A stretch of 64,000 bases of DNA from Marsupella aquatica (Eukaryota; Plantae; Marchantiophyta). Made by a program: the position numbers and the translations under genes. The notes beneath the pieces are model-generated. The model did no database searches. It was not told where the DNA came from and was given only the letters and a program-made list of their open reading frames with translations. This document shows, one piece after another, positions 1-13,949 of the stretch. The number at the start of each line of letters is the position of its first letter. The stretch's first letter is position 1. The DNA is taken from positions 18,997,048-19,061,047 of the forward strand of contig OZ316891.1 in NCBI GenBank assembly GCA_973895155.1, given 5' to 3'.

Positions 1-1258
1 TACTCTTGAATAATTGTCATTATTAAAATTTTCTTGCTGCAAAAAACCTCATGGCAAGGGCGAACAAGCAGCCAAAGGCTCAGAAAGCAGAAATCAGCAG
101 CAGCCCGCAGGGCCACCAACTCCGAGGTCACAACAAAGCACAACAACAACACCAGGGAGAGAGGCCTCTCCCGGTCCAACACAATCACGGGTTTGACCCG
201 GAAACAAGAAGAGGCGAGACCTCTAGCTACCCTACCTACAAGCCAGTGAAAGGTAGAAACATGATCAACACCACACCAAGGATCCAAAGGGATGTACCAA
301 CTCTCAGCCCCTGATTTATTGGTCAGAGGAGTAATTGCAGTTAAAAGTAAAAAACCTTTCCGAGGAATAATTGCAGTTAATCTAACCAAAGTCAGGTACT
401 TCAAAAAGGTTACTTAGATGTGCCACTACTATATTCACTAGCAATCTGACTTAGCTTGTGAATGGAACAAAGCTATCTAAGAGATCGGGAGAGTTCAGTC
501 TGCGGAGACTAGGTATGGCCGACAAATTAACATAGAGTGCTATGAAGCGCTATTGTGCGTTACCATGGACGTAACTGTTGTTGAGGTAAACCTTGTATCT
601 TTTGTGTTTGCTACTTGTGTGTTCATTGGACATTGCACATATGCATGCTGTCTCCGAGAAACATCAATTGCACAACACCTCCAGAGGGTCACTTCCTCAA
701 AAGGGACACATCACATTCAACAAAGTATGTTGTCATTTAGATTATTTTGGGAAAAACTTACTAAAATGTTAGCAGAAAATATTAGGGTCTTGAATTGAAA
801 TATACCATGTGTCATCCTATGATTGGTGTTGTCTCTTTATAATTTAAGTGATCAAAGGGGGTCATGAATGACCAAGACTTTTGTGCATGATGTATGGTCC
901 TCCACAGATTGACCTGCCAAATTCTCTATGGAACCCCAATTCCCTAAAATATTGACGTATCACAAGGAGAGCCTTGGAGATAATACATAAACTTGACTTG
1001 ATTCAAGAGTCTTAAGAAAGCCCACCACTTCCAATGGCCGTTCAATTACAGAGTGTTGTGTCACTCCATGTTGCATTTGGGTTGCAACTTTGTTGGTTGC
1101 ACATGTTGTGTTGTGGGTTTGCGAGGAAGACCTGGTATAGCAGGTCACCTGGTAGGGATGACCTGTTCACCCAGGTTACCATGCCCTTGGTGCCATGGGG
1201 GTATACCTTGGAGAATGAGGATTAGCTCCTCATTCTTCCAAGTTGAGCCTTCCGGCAC

Positions 1259-1262
<4 letters not shown>

Positions 1263-1296
<34 letters not shown>
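1263..1296. repeat. (AG)n microsatellite
   Basis: Uninterrupted AG dinucleotide run read directly. Confidence 0.95.
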
Positions 1297-1299
<3 letters not shown>

Positions 1300-3507
1300 G
1301 TCAGTTGACATGTAGAGTGACATTAGCAGGGTTCTGCTATGTGTATAGACTTGGGGTCCTGCATGGCTAGCGGGTGAGTTTGGCTCGACTTAGTGATACC
1401 TTGCATCGGGGTTCCGTTTCACAAGAGATTACTGTTATGGATTTTGGCGTACATGTGCGTCGTGTGATTATCTTTTTCTTGTTTACATGGTGTGCAATGA
1501 TGTGAGTTGTGTATAGATGCGTGTCCGCACTACAGTTGGCATGCCTGCAATCTCAGATCCTTGAGCCATAATTGGGTTATCTGATTCTAGCTTAATCTAC
1601 CCTCTTCTTTGCTAGTCCACAGAAAGTGCAATTAGGCACTACCTGCCTCAAAACAAGGGAGACCATGACCTAGAAACTCCTTCAATTGAACAAAAACTAA
1701 GGGCATCTCAAATCTCTTACCCCCACTTTCAAAGACTATACCAGTGATTTTGCAATTTGTAAAGTTGTAGAATTGTCATGGTGGCTAGGATGGACAGCAT
1801 CCCCTAAAATTCTAGGGAGTCAAATGAAGGGTGAAAAGAGCCAAAGGAAGGGTGAATCCTTGGTTAGTTCTCTTCTGCTTGAGCATACTGCCTTGAAGCC
1901 TTCAGGGATTTGCACTGCTCCATGAGCTGCATGCCCTTGAGCTCTACTCTGTTTTCCTTCTTATATTTAAGAGGACTTGTTCACAGGACAAAGGAAGAGT
2001 TAATCCTTAAGGTTCTACCTAAATGGGAAAGTGAAACTCCCTATATCTGCCTTGGAAATCAAATCTAGAAATAAATAATGTTGAGATCCCCTAACAGAAG
2101 AGGGTTTTTATAAGATGGGAGCGAACATAAATTTTTAGTAGCAACTAAGAGTGTTCATAGCCAGTCATTGCTATGGTTCTTTATGCCATTGATTTTGGTT
2201 GACTTTTGAAAATGCGTTGAGAGGACTCCAAAAATTTAGTCTAATGAAACATTACACCAAATTTATGATTTTGAAATAAAGTCAAGGCTAGCGAGAGATC
2301 AAGTTTGCTAGCAAATATAACGAGTACATTTTCTTATTGCAAGAGGAAAATTTCCCGTTTTGCTTGGATGTTAAGGATACCCCTATTGGAGCTTGGTCAT
2401 ACTATACGACTCTAGGAGAGGCTGGTCCAGGAGGATCTCTATTTGGCTCGAGGACTTAATCAGTGGTAGGTCCCAAAGAATATGAAAGGGATGGTCCATG
2501 GGTATCTGGGGTACGATCAATGGGAGGTTCTAGAAAGGCAAGACTTACAGTATGTTCAATGTGGGGATGAGATTCCCTATGACAATAATTAATTGAACCG
2601 TATACTAAATTAAAGTTGGATAGAAACATTCAGGTGAAGTTGGAAGTTGTACTGTCAAGCAGGACCTTTATAGGAAATAAAATTCGTGAATTGGGAATCG
2701 TACCCTGTCATCACACAAAGAGTACACTTTCATTATGGAGCACTATAATTTCAATTCCAAGGTAGTGAGTTTTTCTAAATCGCTCGGTCATGAAGGCTAG
2801 CCATTGGGAATTGCAGCAATTAAATGAGTTGTAACTGATAATGAAACAGTGTAGGAGCTAGAATTGACACTAATCATCTATGTTGCTGGATTTTCACGTT
2901 GGGTCATGAAGTAGAATCGTACGAAGTCTGACGGCCACTTCATTTTTTTTGCCAGGGTCCCAAAAGGACATAAACACTTTGAAACAATCTATCATGACTC
3001 CGATCATGACGCCAATCAGAATTGTACTGAAATTTAGAGGCTTTATTTAATGACAGTACGAATTGGACACTTTTGGCTATCTGCTTACAAGAGTAACAGT
3101 TACGGTACAACAAGGCTTCATAATTGCCTCAGGGTCAAATCTGCCACATGAAATTGAAGAACTGTACAGGCTTTGGCAAGTAACAGTGAGAATTACATTT
3201 GAAATGAGGGGGAGAGTGATCAAAAGAATGCAGACTTCGACAGTAGTCAGTGAGAGGCTTAATCAATGAGGTGGTGGTGACAACAATAGTGGCCCATTGG
3301 AGAGCAACAGCGACCTCAAGCAGCCAGCCAGGTTAAGGACTTGGACCAGAAAGTCTCCAGAGTTTTGGAAGGGACAAACTCTTTCCATCCTTCCTTCAAT
3401 ATAGCATTTCTTTTCCTGGAAGATATCTGCACGCGCTCTGCCTCACGGAGTGTAACAGGCTGAGATAGGATGAATAGATGAATGTCAGCTGTTCCAAGCC
3501 GAGTAAA

Positions 3508-6007
3508 TCAGCGCCTAAATGCGAAGAAGACAGATGAGGTGAATATAAGCACGCCAGTTGAAACGAGGACAACAAGAGGAATACTGGTCCGTTGGGTCCA
3601 TACGCTCCCACAACTGAAGCTTCCAAACTTGATCTGGACTATGTTCACCAGGGAGAAGGTCAGGAAAATGCTTCCAACAGCTGACCCAATGGCGGCCAAC
3701 AAGATCCCTATTCTCAAAAGTCTGTTGTTGATGGAGGCAGATTTGACATTCTCAGTATCTTGTCCATTGCCCAGGACAATGTACAACTTGATCCCATGCG
3801 CTATTAGACTGGAAAAGAGGAAGCAGCTGAAGGACAGCACCTCGAAAACCAGAAGGTACCGATAAGTATCCAGGCCGGCCTGCATTTCACACAGACAGAC
3901 CCACATTGATGTTCAGTAAAACAACAGCTAGTTTACGTGCTTCACATTGAACAATACAATAACTTTCAGTCTAATGCTATGGACTGCTCACTCCCGTTTA
4001 GTTTTATCATCCCTTAAGAGGTCAAATGTGCCACATTTGTTTCATTCCTTAGAGGCCACATGTGAGGCTCAACATTTTATGAGAGTGAGGGACTTCCCTG
4101 CTTTCCATCTACCATAAAACCTATTCTTACGTCTTCTTACATGTCATGCCTGGGACACTCTGCCACAGTGGATTGTTAAAAGACTACACTACAGTGCCAT
4201 CTGGAAACTCATTCCATAATTTTGAGAAATTACGGTCCAAAGACCAGCAATTTTCATAACATGTCTAATCATTCATTTCCACTCAGCCTCGTCTCCATGC
4301 TTTCCGTATGGTGCAGAAGGGAACGCTGAGATATTAGCCCACAAATTCCACGATGAGACCACAACTAAGGGGCAGAACTGAACTGGACAGCCGACAGAAT
4401 CAGGTGGCTCTAAGAATTGTCAACAGAAGAAATGATGACATTCACTGACTAACTGTTCCTTTGCCTTAATCAGCTGTGCTACGTAGCACAATCTTAATGT
4501 TTAAGACATTGACTGATTTCTGTTCATCTACGACCTTCGTGACATTACGGTCCCTACATCTGGAGCTGAAGGAAACATTTCGTAAGAGTTACTTGCAGCC
4601 ATTTCAGGGATCCCGTAACCATTGCCATGATTATAGTTCGACTGTTGTATTTCGAGCTACAGGAGCTCCTCAAGGAATAGGACTAACGAGGCAGGAAGCT
4701 CTTAAAACTCAATAAAATTTAAGTAACCAGAAGTCCTTGACTGTCTACCGAAAGTGAAAGAATGAACCAGTAATTAAGGCCTTTAGGAGGGCACTAACCT
4801 GGCAATGAGGATCAGTCGGAGCCAGTAGAGTTACGACGCTCGGATTGGGGCTGAACGACAACCCAATGAAAACTGCCACACAAAAGGACGAGTTCACACT
4901 GACGACCTCGTCCAGAGTGGTGACATGAACTTCTGTGACTGAGCTCTTGAACTCCTCGTCGAAGTCCTCAATTCCAGCCTCTGCTTGTTTTCTGCAGAAG
5001 AGAAATGCCATGATGATGCTGCAGCACAACCCAATCAGCCATATGTCAGATGCATTCTCTCATTTCTTCCCGGATCAAACTACGACACCGAGATACTCCA
5101 ACAACAAATGGCATCAAGAAAACAATGGACTTTCATTTAGTGTTTCATAACTGTATTCTAGACATCTGCAAAGTGAGGAAGCCGTGAGGCAGCCGCAATA
5201 CCACCTTCTCAACCATCGCATTCATCGAATCACACTTCGATCAACATATTAGCATCAGCTTTTCAGAAGTTTTATGACCCAATGTACAAAAATCAGACCC
5301 CCTAAGCTGGGAAGTAGCATACATCTGACTGGGTGAAATTTGAACGACGGTATCGATGAAATTCAGAGTGATTTAAGAAAAAAACCGTATCAAGAAACTA
5401 GGTCACTCCACGAGGGTCACGGTAAGAATAACAGGTTGAACAAAAGAGCGAATCAAATGATGCAAGAATGGAGTTTAAAGCACGGGTACTTGATCCAGCC
5501 CTTGGCCAGGAATTCGTTACTAGCGGAAGGATACAGAAAGAATATCGTTCTCCAATTGAACGTCTCTTCATGTGATGACTTGAGGACTTCCGATGTGAGT
5601 CGAATTAATTCGGAGGATTCTTGGGCTCCGATTGTGAGTACTGGTAAGTCTCCTTGAGGAAAATGGAATGCACAATAGAAAGGGTCCAACGCAAGTGAAG
5701 GAAATAATCTAAACAAATACTTGCAAAGAATTCTGGTTTCACTGTCTCTAGTGATTTTGCTACGTATGGAATCTAAGTGGCTGGCTACAAGAGCAGGTGG
5801 TGCACTTTCAGGTGCATTGTAAGGCATTCGAAGCAGGGCAGAATTGGATACTGGAGCAGATGGAAGAGGACTTGGGGAGGACCTTTTGAAGTAGGTCGAT
5901 TTGGAGTGAAGCCAAAAAGCTGAGGAGCTGATCAGTTCGTTTCTTGTTGTTGGTTGTTTGCTCATACTCATGGTTAGGGCTGTTTCGTCAGGACCTCGAA
6001 AGTCCAT
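3508..6007 (-). CDS. MEE60-like (maternal effect embryo arrest 60 family) multi-pass membrane protein
   Basis: Exon 4991-4799 (..VHVTTLDEVVSVNSSFCVAVFIGLS..PHCQ, GT at 4798) joins in phase 0 to exon 3879-3508 (AGLDTYRYLLVFEVLSFSCFLFSSLIAHGIKL..INNRLLRIGILLAAIGS..LVNIVQIKFGSFSCGS). These motifs match the plant MEE60 family as I recall it. A tentative first exon 6007-5721 (ATG; AA|GTATTT donor) is phase-2 compatible with the acceptor at 4992 but is less certain. Confidence 0.7.
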
Positions 6008-9000
6008 ACCACCACTCTGGATGGTAGATTTGCGCACCGCGAAAGGTGAGCCTTCCTCTTGCGCAGCTGGTTGTCCAATCCCTTGCCTTAGTCCATCCAG
6101 AGCACGGTTTCTAAGGCCTCAAAGGTACACAGACGTCTCCCAATGATGAGATCCTTTGATGATTCGTGAGAGTGACAAACTGGAAGACTGGTTTCTCACC
6201 ATAAATGAATGTCCACCATCTTGATACAAACTCCAATGAGAAATATCGATGTACTTGTCATCGATGACGGTAGATCCATGTCACAGTGTTTCCAATATGA
6301 GTGAGACCGAAAGGGATGGAGAGGGAAGTTTTTGAGTTTTAACCGCGAAAAGGTGTCAATGTCATGTGCACAACCTCATTGAAAAAGTAAGTAAACCTCT
6401 TCATAGACTCGTTGCAAAGCTAGCAGAAACTCTCTGGTCTAGGGACCTTCCCGGGTCAGTTCCCTGTGCAAGGTTCAGTAAGAGCCCCAACACAATCGTC
6501 TCAAGGGAGAAAATGAATGAGTTTCTTTCCCAGTCCAAGAGTCCAAATTGGGACGGGACAAAGGACTGAATTGCACTGCGACCAAATGGCCAGATAACGA
6601 GACTCTCCGGGATAACTGTGAATTGCCGTTCTCGTCTTTAAATTAGTCATAAGGAATGAAAAATCCTCAAATCCTCGCAAACGTCGACGATTCCGAAACT
6701 AGGATATCCCGCGTAGCAAAATCGATGCCTAGGAAAGTTTCACAACAAAAATAGCACGACTTGATGATGAACAGTGATAATAACGGTAGGACGAGAATAA
6801 AGGGAGCATCTTGAGGTATTAAAACATTATTTCACTCTCCACAAAACCACCCAACCAATCGAATGAACAGTTTCCGAAGCCCACCTAGAACCACTTCATC
6901 CCACCGTAGCAATCAAACGAATTAGTTGCGATCCAACCACAGAGTACGATGATAGTAATTCGCTGTCTCATCCACTGTTGTAGAATGTTATAAGAGGAAA
7001 GAATTCCAAGTTTACCTGGAAGTGTGGGCCAAAAATCCCTGCCGATGCTGCGTCCGTCCCTCTGACGCAAGCGTTCCATTACCTTTCGGCCTCATTTTGG
7101 TGGGATGATTCCCGATGGCTCTCTAGCCACCCAAGCCAGCACTTCTCGTTCTCCCTTACTCCGAATTTCCGGTTGCGGAAGGTCACAAGGAGCTTCGTGG
7201 CAGATGAACCCTATTCACCACGCCACCCCTACATGGATGCGGGGAAGCCCATCTACCAACTTTGAGTTCTTGGAAGGGGTCAATTTGAGAACTGTTCTGT
7301 AATGCGCAACTCCTGGATGTAGCTCTCAGAAACTGGATGGAAATCTGTGGAGGGGAGGGATGTCTTTACCACGTGTGTAAGCGGTCGGTCTATTGATGTT
7401 GTTGGAAATGTGGGGCCGACCAAGACACCATTTTTTATATCGTCTGGCCTTCTGATTAAGGTGAAACCCAATACTGTTCTTCCACTATATCTCGAAGGTC
7501 TCCTCACTAAGGCTGAGGGGGGACGCGAAACGAAAGAAACCAACGAAACCAAACCGATAAAGGAAGCAAATGGACACCGGCAGAAGAATGGATGCCGAGA
7601 CAATTCGATTCCAACCTAGTGTGTGAGCCGGGGAAAATGGTTTCCAAGCTCGCTGAGCCGCTGACCTCGCAAGCAAGCTAGAAAGAACTCCCTAGATAAG
7701 CTTCTGGCTCACGAAGCGAAGGTACAGTCCATTACTCACGTGGGAAGCGCGACAGAGAATGACAATGACCCAGAGTGAGAGTCCCAATTATAACAGTACG
7801 AAATGGGAAAGAGAACGAGCCAATCAGTACAAGACTACAAGTCATGAGAGAGATCATTACTGAATTGACTTAGCTCATAAAGCTGCTAACAAACAAACGA
7901 ACGAACGAAATCTGCCGTAAATCATGCCGAGACTTACCGTTGACTATCGCAAGGGGTCATCAGTCTGTCGCTATATTCATGGCCTGCCTCCGTTTGAAAA
8001 AAATGAAAAATGAATCCGGGGTAGTTTGGTGGTTTAAACTTCAACTTGCTGCAGAAACTGCAAGCATTGCCGACGCCAGTAGGACGGACCGTACCTACAG
8101 GACAGAAACATGGAAGGCACCTTTCGAGGACCTGTCGGTGACTCGAGTAGTGGCACTGTGGCAGTCAACACTGCAGACTGAGGCACTGCCGCATTGCTGC
8201 AATGATCTGATGATGAGAGAGAGAGTCAGAGAGGCAAGCAATTGGCTAAAAAACTGTGAGGACCACTCATCAGTCAGGACAACACCGCCGCAGCATTGAA
8301 AGAGAACTGAATGACTTGACTCCCTCAGATCGGAGAACCATTCTGTTGGGGCCAACAGGGCACAGGCAATGAGCCGATGAGAGATAAATCAGAAAGGGAC
8401 AAGTTCGTTGCAAACGAGCTTCTCAGTAAGTTATCTCACACAAGAATCACACTTTTCTCGCAGACAGGGACGCAGAAGATCGAACGGTCCAGTCTGTAGG
8501 ACTCTTGATTGTGGAGGTGGATTCTGAGGGCCGTTACTCGTGACGGCTCACCATCATGATCACGAGACAGTCACAATCGATAGTCCTCGTCTGAACTTTT
8601 CCACTCAGCACGCAGTTCAGCTCAGCTCAGCTCATCAGTCTGTAAAAGCTCAGCTCATATCTGAGAGAGCCAGCCCAAATGCCCAATGCACACCAGCCTG
8701 CAAAAACGCACCGTGAACAGCACGTACAGGAGTTACGTATTGCAGCGAAATTGAATTGAGATGGGCAATCGAATCAATCGATGGGGACGCCTGGCCGAGA
8801 GAGTGCAGGACGAGACCAGCGCTAGATTGATGATGAACGGATACTTCTTGCAAAACTTTACAGGGAAGTTGTGGTGTACCCGAGAGAGCTTCTCAAACCC
8901 CTGATGTACTACCCCATGACCCTTCCCTCCCTCGAATGTAAATAGATATGAACACAACAAATATTGTACAAGTCTTTTCCCTATTCTTGTTTTTTTTCTA

Positions 9001-9451
9001 TCCTCATCACAATTTTGTCTTTAGAGTCAATGTCGCTTTATCTAAGTATACTCATTTAAAATTTTGACCTTGTTGAACTTTTGTCTCTATTGGGACTTAA
9101 GAGGTTTCACTTTAGACCTAGGCCCTTTAGACCTAGGCCCTTAAGAGTAGGTTGCAGTTATGGCTTATATAGTAAGATGTTACCTGCATTTGTCAGTCGG
9201 CCGCTCTTGTTCTGAGAAATCTTTGGGGCAAAGGGAATTCCATTTGTGATTTTTCAGAGCATTATGGGCAATGATAGCAACTCAAAACTCGAGTTGACCC
9301 TAAACACAACTCTTCTCAATTTGAGGGGTGTGGCTTTTCTCTTTTTGGGGGGCATTATATCTCATACTGCACTTTGAACAAGACTTTTCTCATTATTGGG
9401 GGCACGGATTTCTCTTTTTGGGGGGCATTATATAGCAGAATGCTCTCTGAC

Positions 9452-10461
9452 CAAGACTTTACTGTGTACACATAAAGAGAGAAAAAATGTCCAGGTGACA
9501 GAAAAATGTCGTGATGAGATAAAGATGTCAAAGTGAGAAAAGATAAGATGTGGAGGTGAGGAAAAATGTGTCAACCAAGATCAATAAAGATATCAAGGAG
9601 AGAAAAAGAAGTGAGAAAAAATATCACGGCGAGATCAAGATGTTAATGTGAGAACAAATTGCAAGATAAGAAATATATAGACAAGATAAAGATCTTGAGG
9701 AACGATAAATACGTAAAAATTAGAAAATAATTATGTCAATTATGCAAGAAAAGATGTCAAGACAAGGCAAAAATATAAAAACTTAAATTTGCGATGTAGT
9801 TGTTGAGGCATGTAAAGTGTGGTCTTGACCATACAATCGTTCGGTTCAATTCAAAAAAAAATAAAAATCGTTCGGGTCGTGTTCAATAACCCATACGTTG
9901 CCTAGAGAGGCATGACTTTGTGGTAGCTCACTTAAGTAGAGACTGATAGGTCTTGGGTTCAACTATTGTGGCGGACTCTTCACTTTATGTGGGCTTTCAC
10001 GGATTTCTCCTTAGAAAAATATTTTTAATTTTTTTTAAATAACCCATATGCTGCACTTAGAAATTAGAGACACGAGATAGTGACCAACACGTGATAGAGT
10101 CCAAGCACAACCAAGTGACAAGAAAAACATATTTTTAAATTTAAAGTTTTAGAGAAATAAATATTTTCTAATATTTTTATTTTATATTCAAATTTTAAAA
10201 AAAATTCAGAGATTTTATTCAATTTTAAAAAATTATTTTAAATTCAACTATTTTTAATTAATTTTTATCTTGGGCAAGTGCAGGTAGGCTAAAGGGCAGC
10301 TGGGTAGGAATCTATTTTACTAGTGGGTGTATGGATAGGTCTGACGGTGTTAATAAACAATACTTTGATGAAGGGTCAAGATGGGTTCCCATTTTTTAAT
10401 GAGTTAACTTTGTAAACCGACTATCCCACCTTTTTGGCCGGAGAGGGTACTATAGTTATAA
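9452..10461 (-). mobile_element. Degenerate non-autonomous Helitron-like element, same family as 35230-36173
   Basis: 10340-10460 aligns by eye with 36055-36173 (TCTGACGG..TTAA..GATG..GGT.AAGAT..GTAAAC.GAC.AT.CC). Both elements carry degenerate ~20-bp AAGATGTYRAGGTGAG-type repeats near the opposite end (9480-9780 and 35255-35360). The termini of this copy are eroded. Confidence 0.45.
9885..10054 (+). mobile_element. tRNA-derived SINE-like insertion with 17-bp target-site duplication
   Basis: A-box-like TGGTAGCTCACTTAAG and B-box-like GGGTTCAACT, followed by a T-rich tail. Flanked by AATAACCCATACGTTGC (9885-9901) and AATAACCCATATGCTGC (10038-10054). Confidence 0.6.
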
Positions 10462-13400
10462 ATAATAGCCCCTCAAAACCTCAACGGAAGCTCTTCTTTC
10501 TGAGGCAATATATTCCCTTTATAATGCCCTCTAAATAGTAAGTTACTGTATACTTAATCCACTTTCAGGCAAGCTTAATCCCAAGGGTTTTGAGTTTGAG
10601 ACTAGTTTCAACATGCTCCTGTAGGTTAACTGGGCACCAATGAGGTTAACTGGGTACCAATTATCTCTCAATGGACATTGACACATGTTGCGCAGAGCAG
10701 TTTTTGGTGCGGACGCTGTTGCGCTGGTCACCTGCATGTGAGGCAGTCACATTTTGCAGGAGCCTCAAATTTTTGGTCTGTACCTGGCCTGCAAATTTTG
10801 GGTCATGAGAAACCTGCGGGAATGAGATGGTTTGAGACGCTAGGCTACTATATACCCCTGCCCAAAGTAAATACCATGACAGACCTATTAACTTTGAAAG
10901 TGACCCCAGCGTGAGCACCGTGAGAGACCTGTTAGCCTTGAAAGTGACCCCTCCCTCAGCTTAATTTTAAAGATTTTCTTGTGGTTGGCCATGCTGTCAC
11001 CTTGTGTGAAGGAAAATATATTTGGAATATTCCCTATCAGATCCCCCTAGACAGGCTAATTTCTGACCCTCAGATCTCCCTAGATGTTTGGTAACTATTA
11101 GAATGATTCTTGCAAATGGGGTTCATGGCTTATTGGATACTGGCTAATGGGGTCTGAAAGACCTGGCCCATTTTTTCCAAGAGTGGCAAAGGCTTTTCAG
11201 AGACTCAGGTGAAATCTAACCAAAATTCCCCACTAGAAAATACACTGGTGTATGCGCACGCTGTATCAGTCATACTCGTACATTTTCACCAATCTTACAT
11301 TGCAAGCAATGGGTTGAAGGAAATGCTGACACAGAGTGCTTTTTGCCTATAAATTCAAATCCTCCAGAGGCGCCCAACAACATTCCCCAAGCAAGGAGGC
11401 CTAAGTTTGAAAAACCTCAGTTTGGTCAAGAAATGGAATTGGAATTGGAATTGGAGGTTTTATAGGGGTCATAAATAAATGCCACATAAATGAGCAAGAT
11501 GGTAGGAGTAGTGGCTTTACTAACAGTCACTCAAGTACCCCTCCTTGCAGTGTCCAGTTGCTCCACACTTCCATCACCAAAGGCAGCTCATTACCCGAGT
11601 TGCATACCTCATGCTAGGTATGGTCATCTTGCGTGTGTAGCCCCTATTGACATCATACTTAGTTTTATTCAGATTGAACTTTGTGCTTATAACTCTACCT
11701 AGAAGTGCGTCAATTGATTTCAGGTACTTGTAAGCCAATCAACTTGCTTCAAATCACACTGGCCAGTGAGTACTCATTGAAGGAAACATGGTTGATCAAA
11801 TATGATGCCGAGATAGTTTTATCATGCCCCAAATCCCAAAATTTTACCGCTGGCGATGTGTCTCACATTGCTGACCATCTTGGAGATTGATAACCATTAG
11901 AACTCTTCTCCTAATACAATAATAAACACTTGATTCCACCTACTTTCTACAAAATTTAAATATTCATCTAACTTTATCCCTATGTCTTTCTTATTTAATC
12001 ATTCTACAAATTGTTTATTTACCATGAAAATAGTACACAATGAGGGCCTTGTTCTTCACGACCACTACTAAAATACATGTTTGATGGACCCCCAAACCAA
12101 AGTTTTCTCTCCAGCCAACCCCATACTTAGGTTTTGAGTAGGTTGATTTTAAGGTCTACCAACAGTCTGAATTACTCATGCATGGGTCCATATAGCATAC
12201 ATCTATGTGTCAAACATTTCTAAACTGTGGCTTCGTTATTCCATGGATTTACTTTTATTGCACTTCATTTCAAACAAGTTTTCAGTTTTCAAGCCAATTA
12301 AACAAGAAAGAAAGTGGAACCTCCTAAGAAGTGGCTCTCCACCTTGCTTTGGTGGAAAAAACCATTAGCCCCCCTACGTCCTGTAAAGCTACCCTAATAA
12401 ATGTGTGGCTCACATAACTCTCAGTGGCATACCTTGGTGGCATACTCAGAAGTGACCCAACCCTACTTTGCCCCACTTTAAAATAGGGCATTGGTAACTT
12501 GCAGCATAGAAAACAAAGGTGACAATTTTGCAGAGTTGTTTGTCAATTTGAGGGTAGAAACCAAAGCTCCCATAGACTAGTAATGATGTTTGACAAGTCA
12601 GATGCTGATATGGATTGCTCCAACCCACAAATCATTCTGAAAAGTGACATGTGATGCAAATAGCATCTTTTGGGTGTTGGGCAATTTTTTTTTGAGTGGT
12701 GTGTGAGATGGTTTTGTAAACATTCTTTTTTCCTACACAGTTGGGCACCTTTGATTTAATTGGTCTCAATAAATTGTCTTTTGCTTGGGGGCCTCACTTC
12801 CATACGCATAGCATATGTCCACACATACATGCCCCTAACCCACAATCATTTTTAAGGTAATCAAACAGCCATTGGTACCAATCAAACAACAATCCCGCCA
12901 GATGCACATGTCAAAGCCAAATGCACCTTGCGCTTTAAGGAATTCATGTTCATACACACAACCTCGTCAGTCACATCATAGCCACCAAAGCTTGTGCTCA
13001 AAGACTCAACATTGAAACATGAGGCCTCTGAGCCAACACAAAGGGATAACTATCCCTCACAAACACAAACTAGATAGTAATTGCTCATATAGCACACATA
13101 CAAAACCTCTAGACCTAGATAGTATGATACTATATGCTAGGACCATTATGAAGGGTTTTCTGTCCTTGGTTATGCCCAGGTCCTTCTGGCTTTTTGGCCT
13201 TTTGGTTACCCGTTTGGTTATCCCACCTCGACTGGGACTTTCACCCAAGGGACCATGTCTCCCAGTTGGCGAGACTTAGAGTTTTGTTTTTTTTGGCAGC
13301 TTGAAATATATAAGTGTAACTTTCATAAATACAATAGGTGATCCAAATCTTGACAGCTAAATAGTTCGAACAATGAAGAATCCCTCAGGGCATTAAGGTA

Positions 13401-13949
13401 CTCTACATATATCAAACTGCCAAAAGGCAGGGGGCGTTGAATCCGGAGACTGGATCCCATAGGCCGAAAACCGGATCCCTTAGGCCAAAAACCCAATCAA
13501 GGGAAAACAAGAAAAAGACCAGAAGGCCAAAAAGACCAAGCACAAGCCCAGCACAAGGAAAACAAAAGACACACTAATGTAAAGTCTATAGGTGGAATCT
13601 GGAATCTACAGGAAGTTGGCCACGGAGAAAAACGCTTCATCTACACGCACTTGCTACGAACTCTGGGCTGTAATGTGCATTCGGGTCAAACAAAGCAAAC
13701 GCGTGCTCCCTCACTCCCGAACAAAATAAACGTGCTTCAATGGTCGACTGTGGACACCATTCTGAAGCACTCCACGTATCCGGCCGGCCAGTTCTTCGTC
13801 TGCGGAGCTCGGTTCTGCAGTTCTGCTGGATTGAGACGAACGAGGGTTGCTGCGTACAGTAGTGTTTCCAGGGAGGAGGAGGAGTGAGCATTATCTCACC
13901 ACAACCCTCACTTTTCGATTCTGCTGCCGCTCGAGCTGAGAGGACGGAG

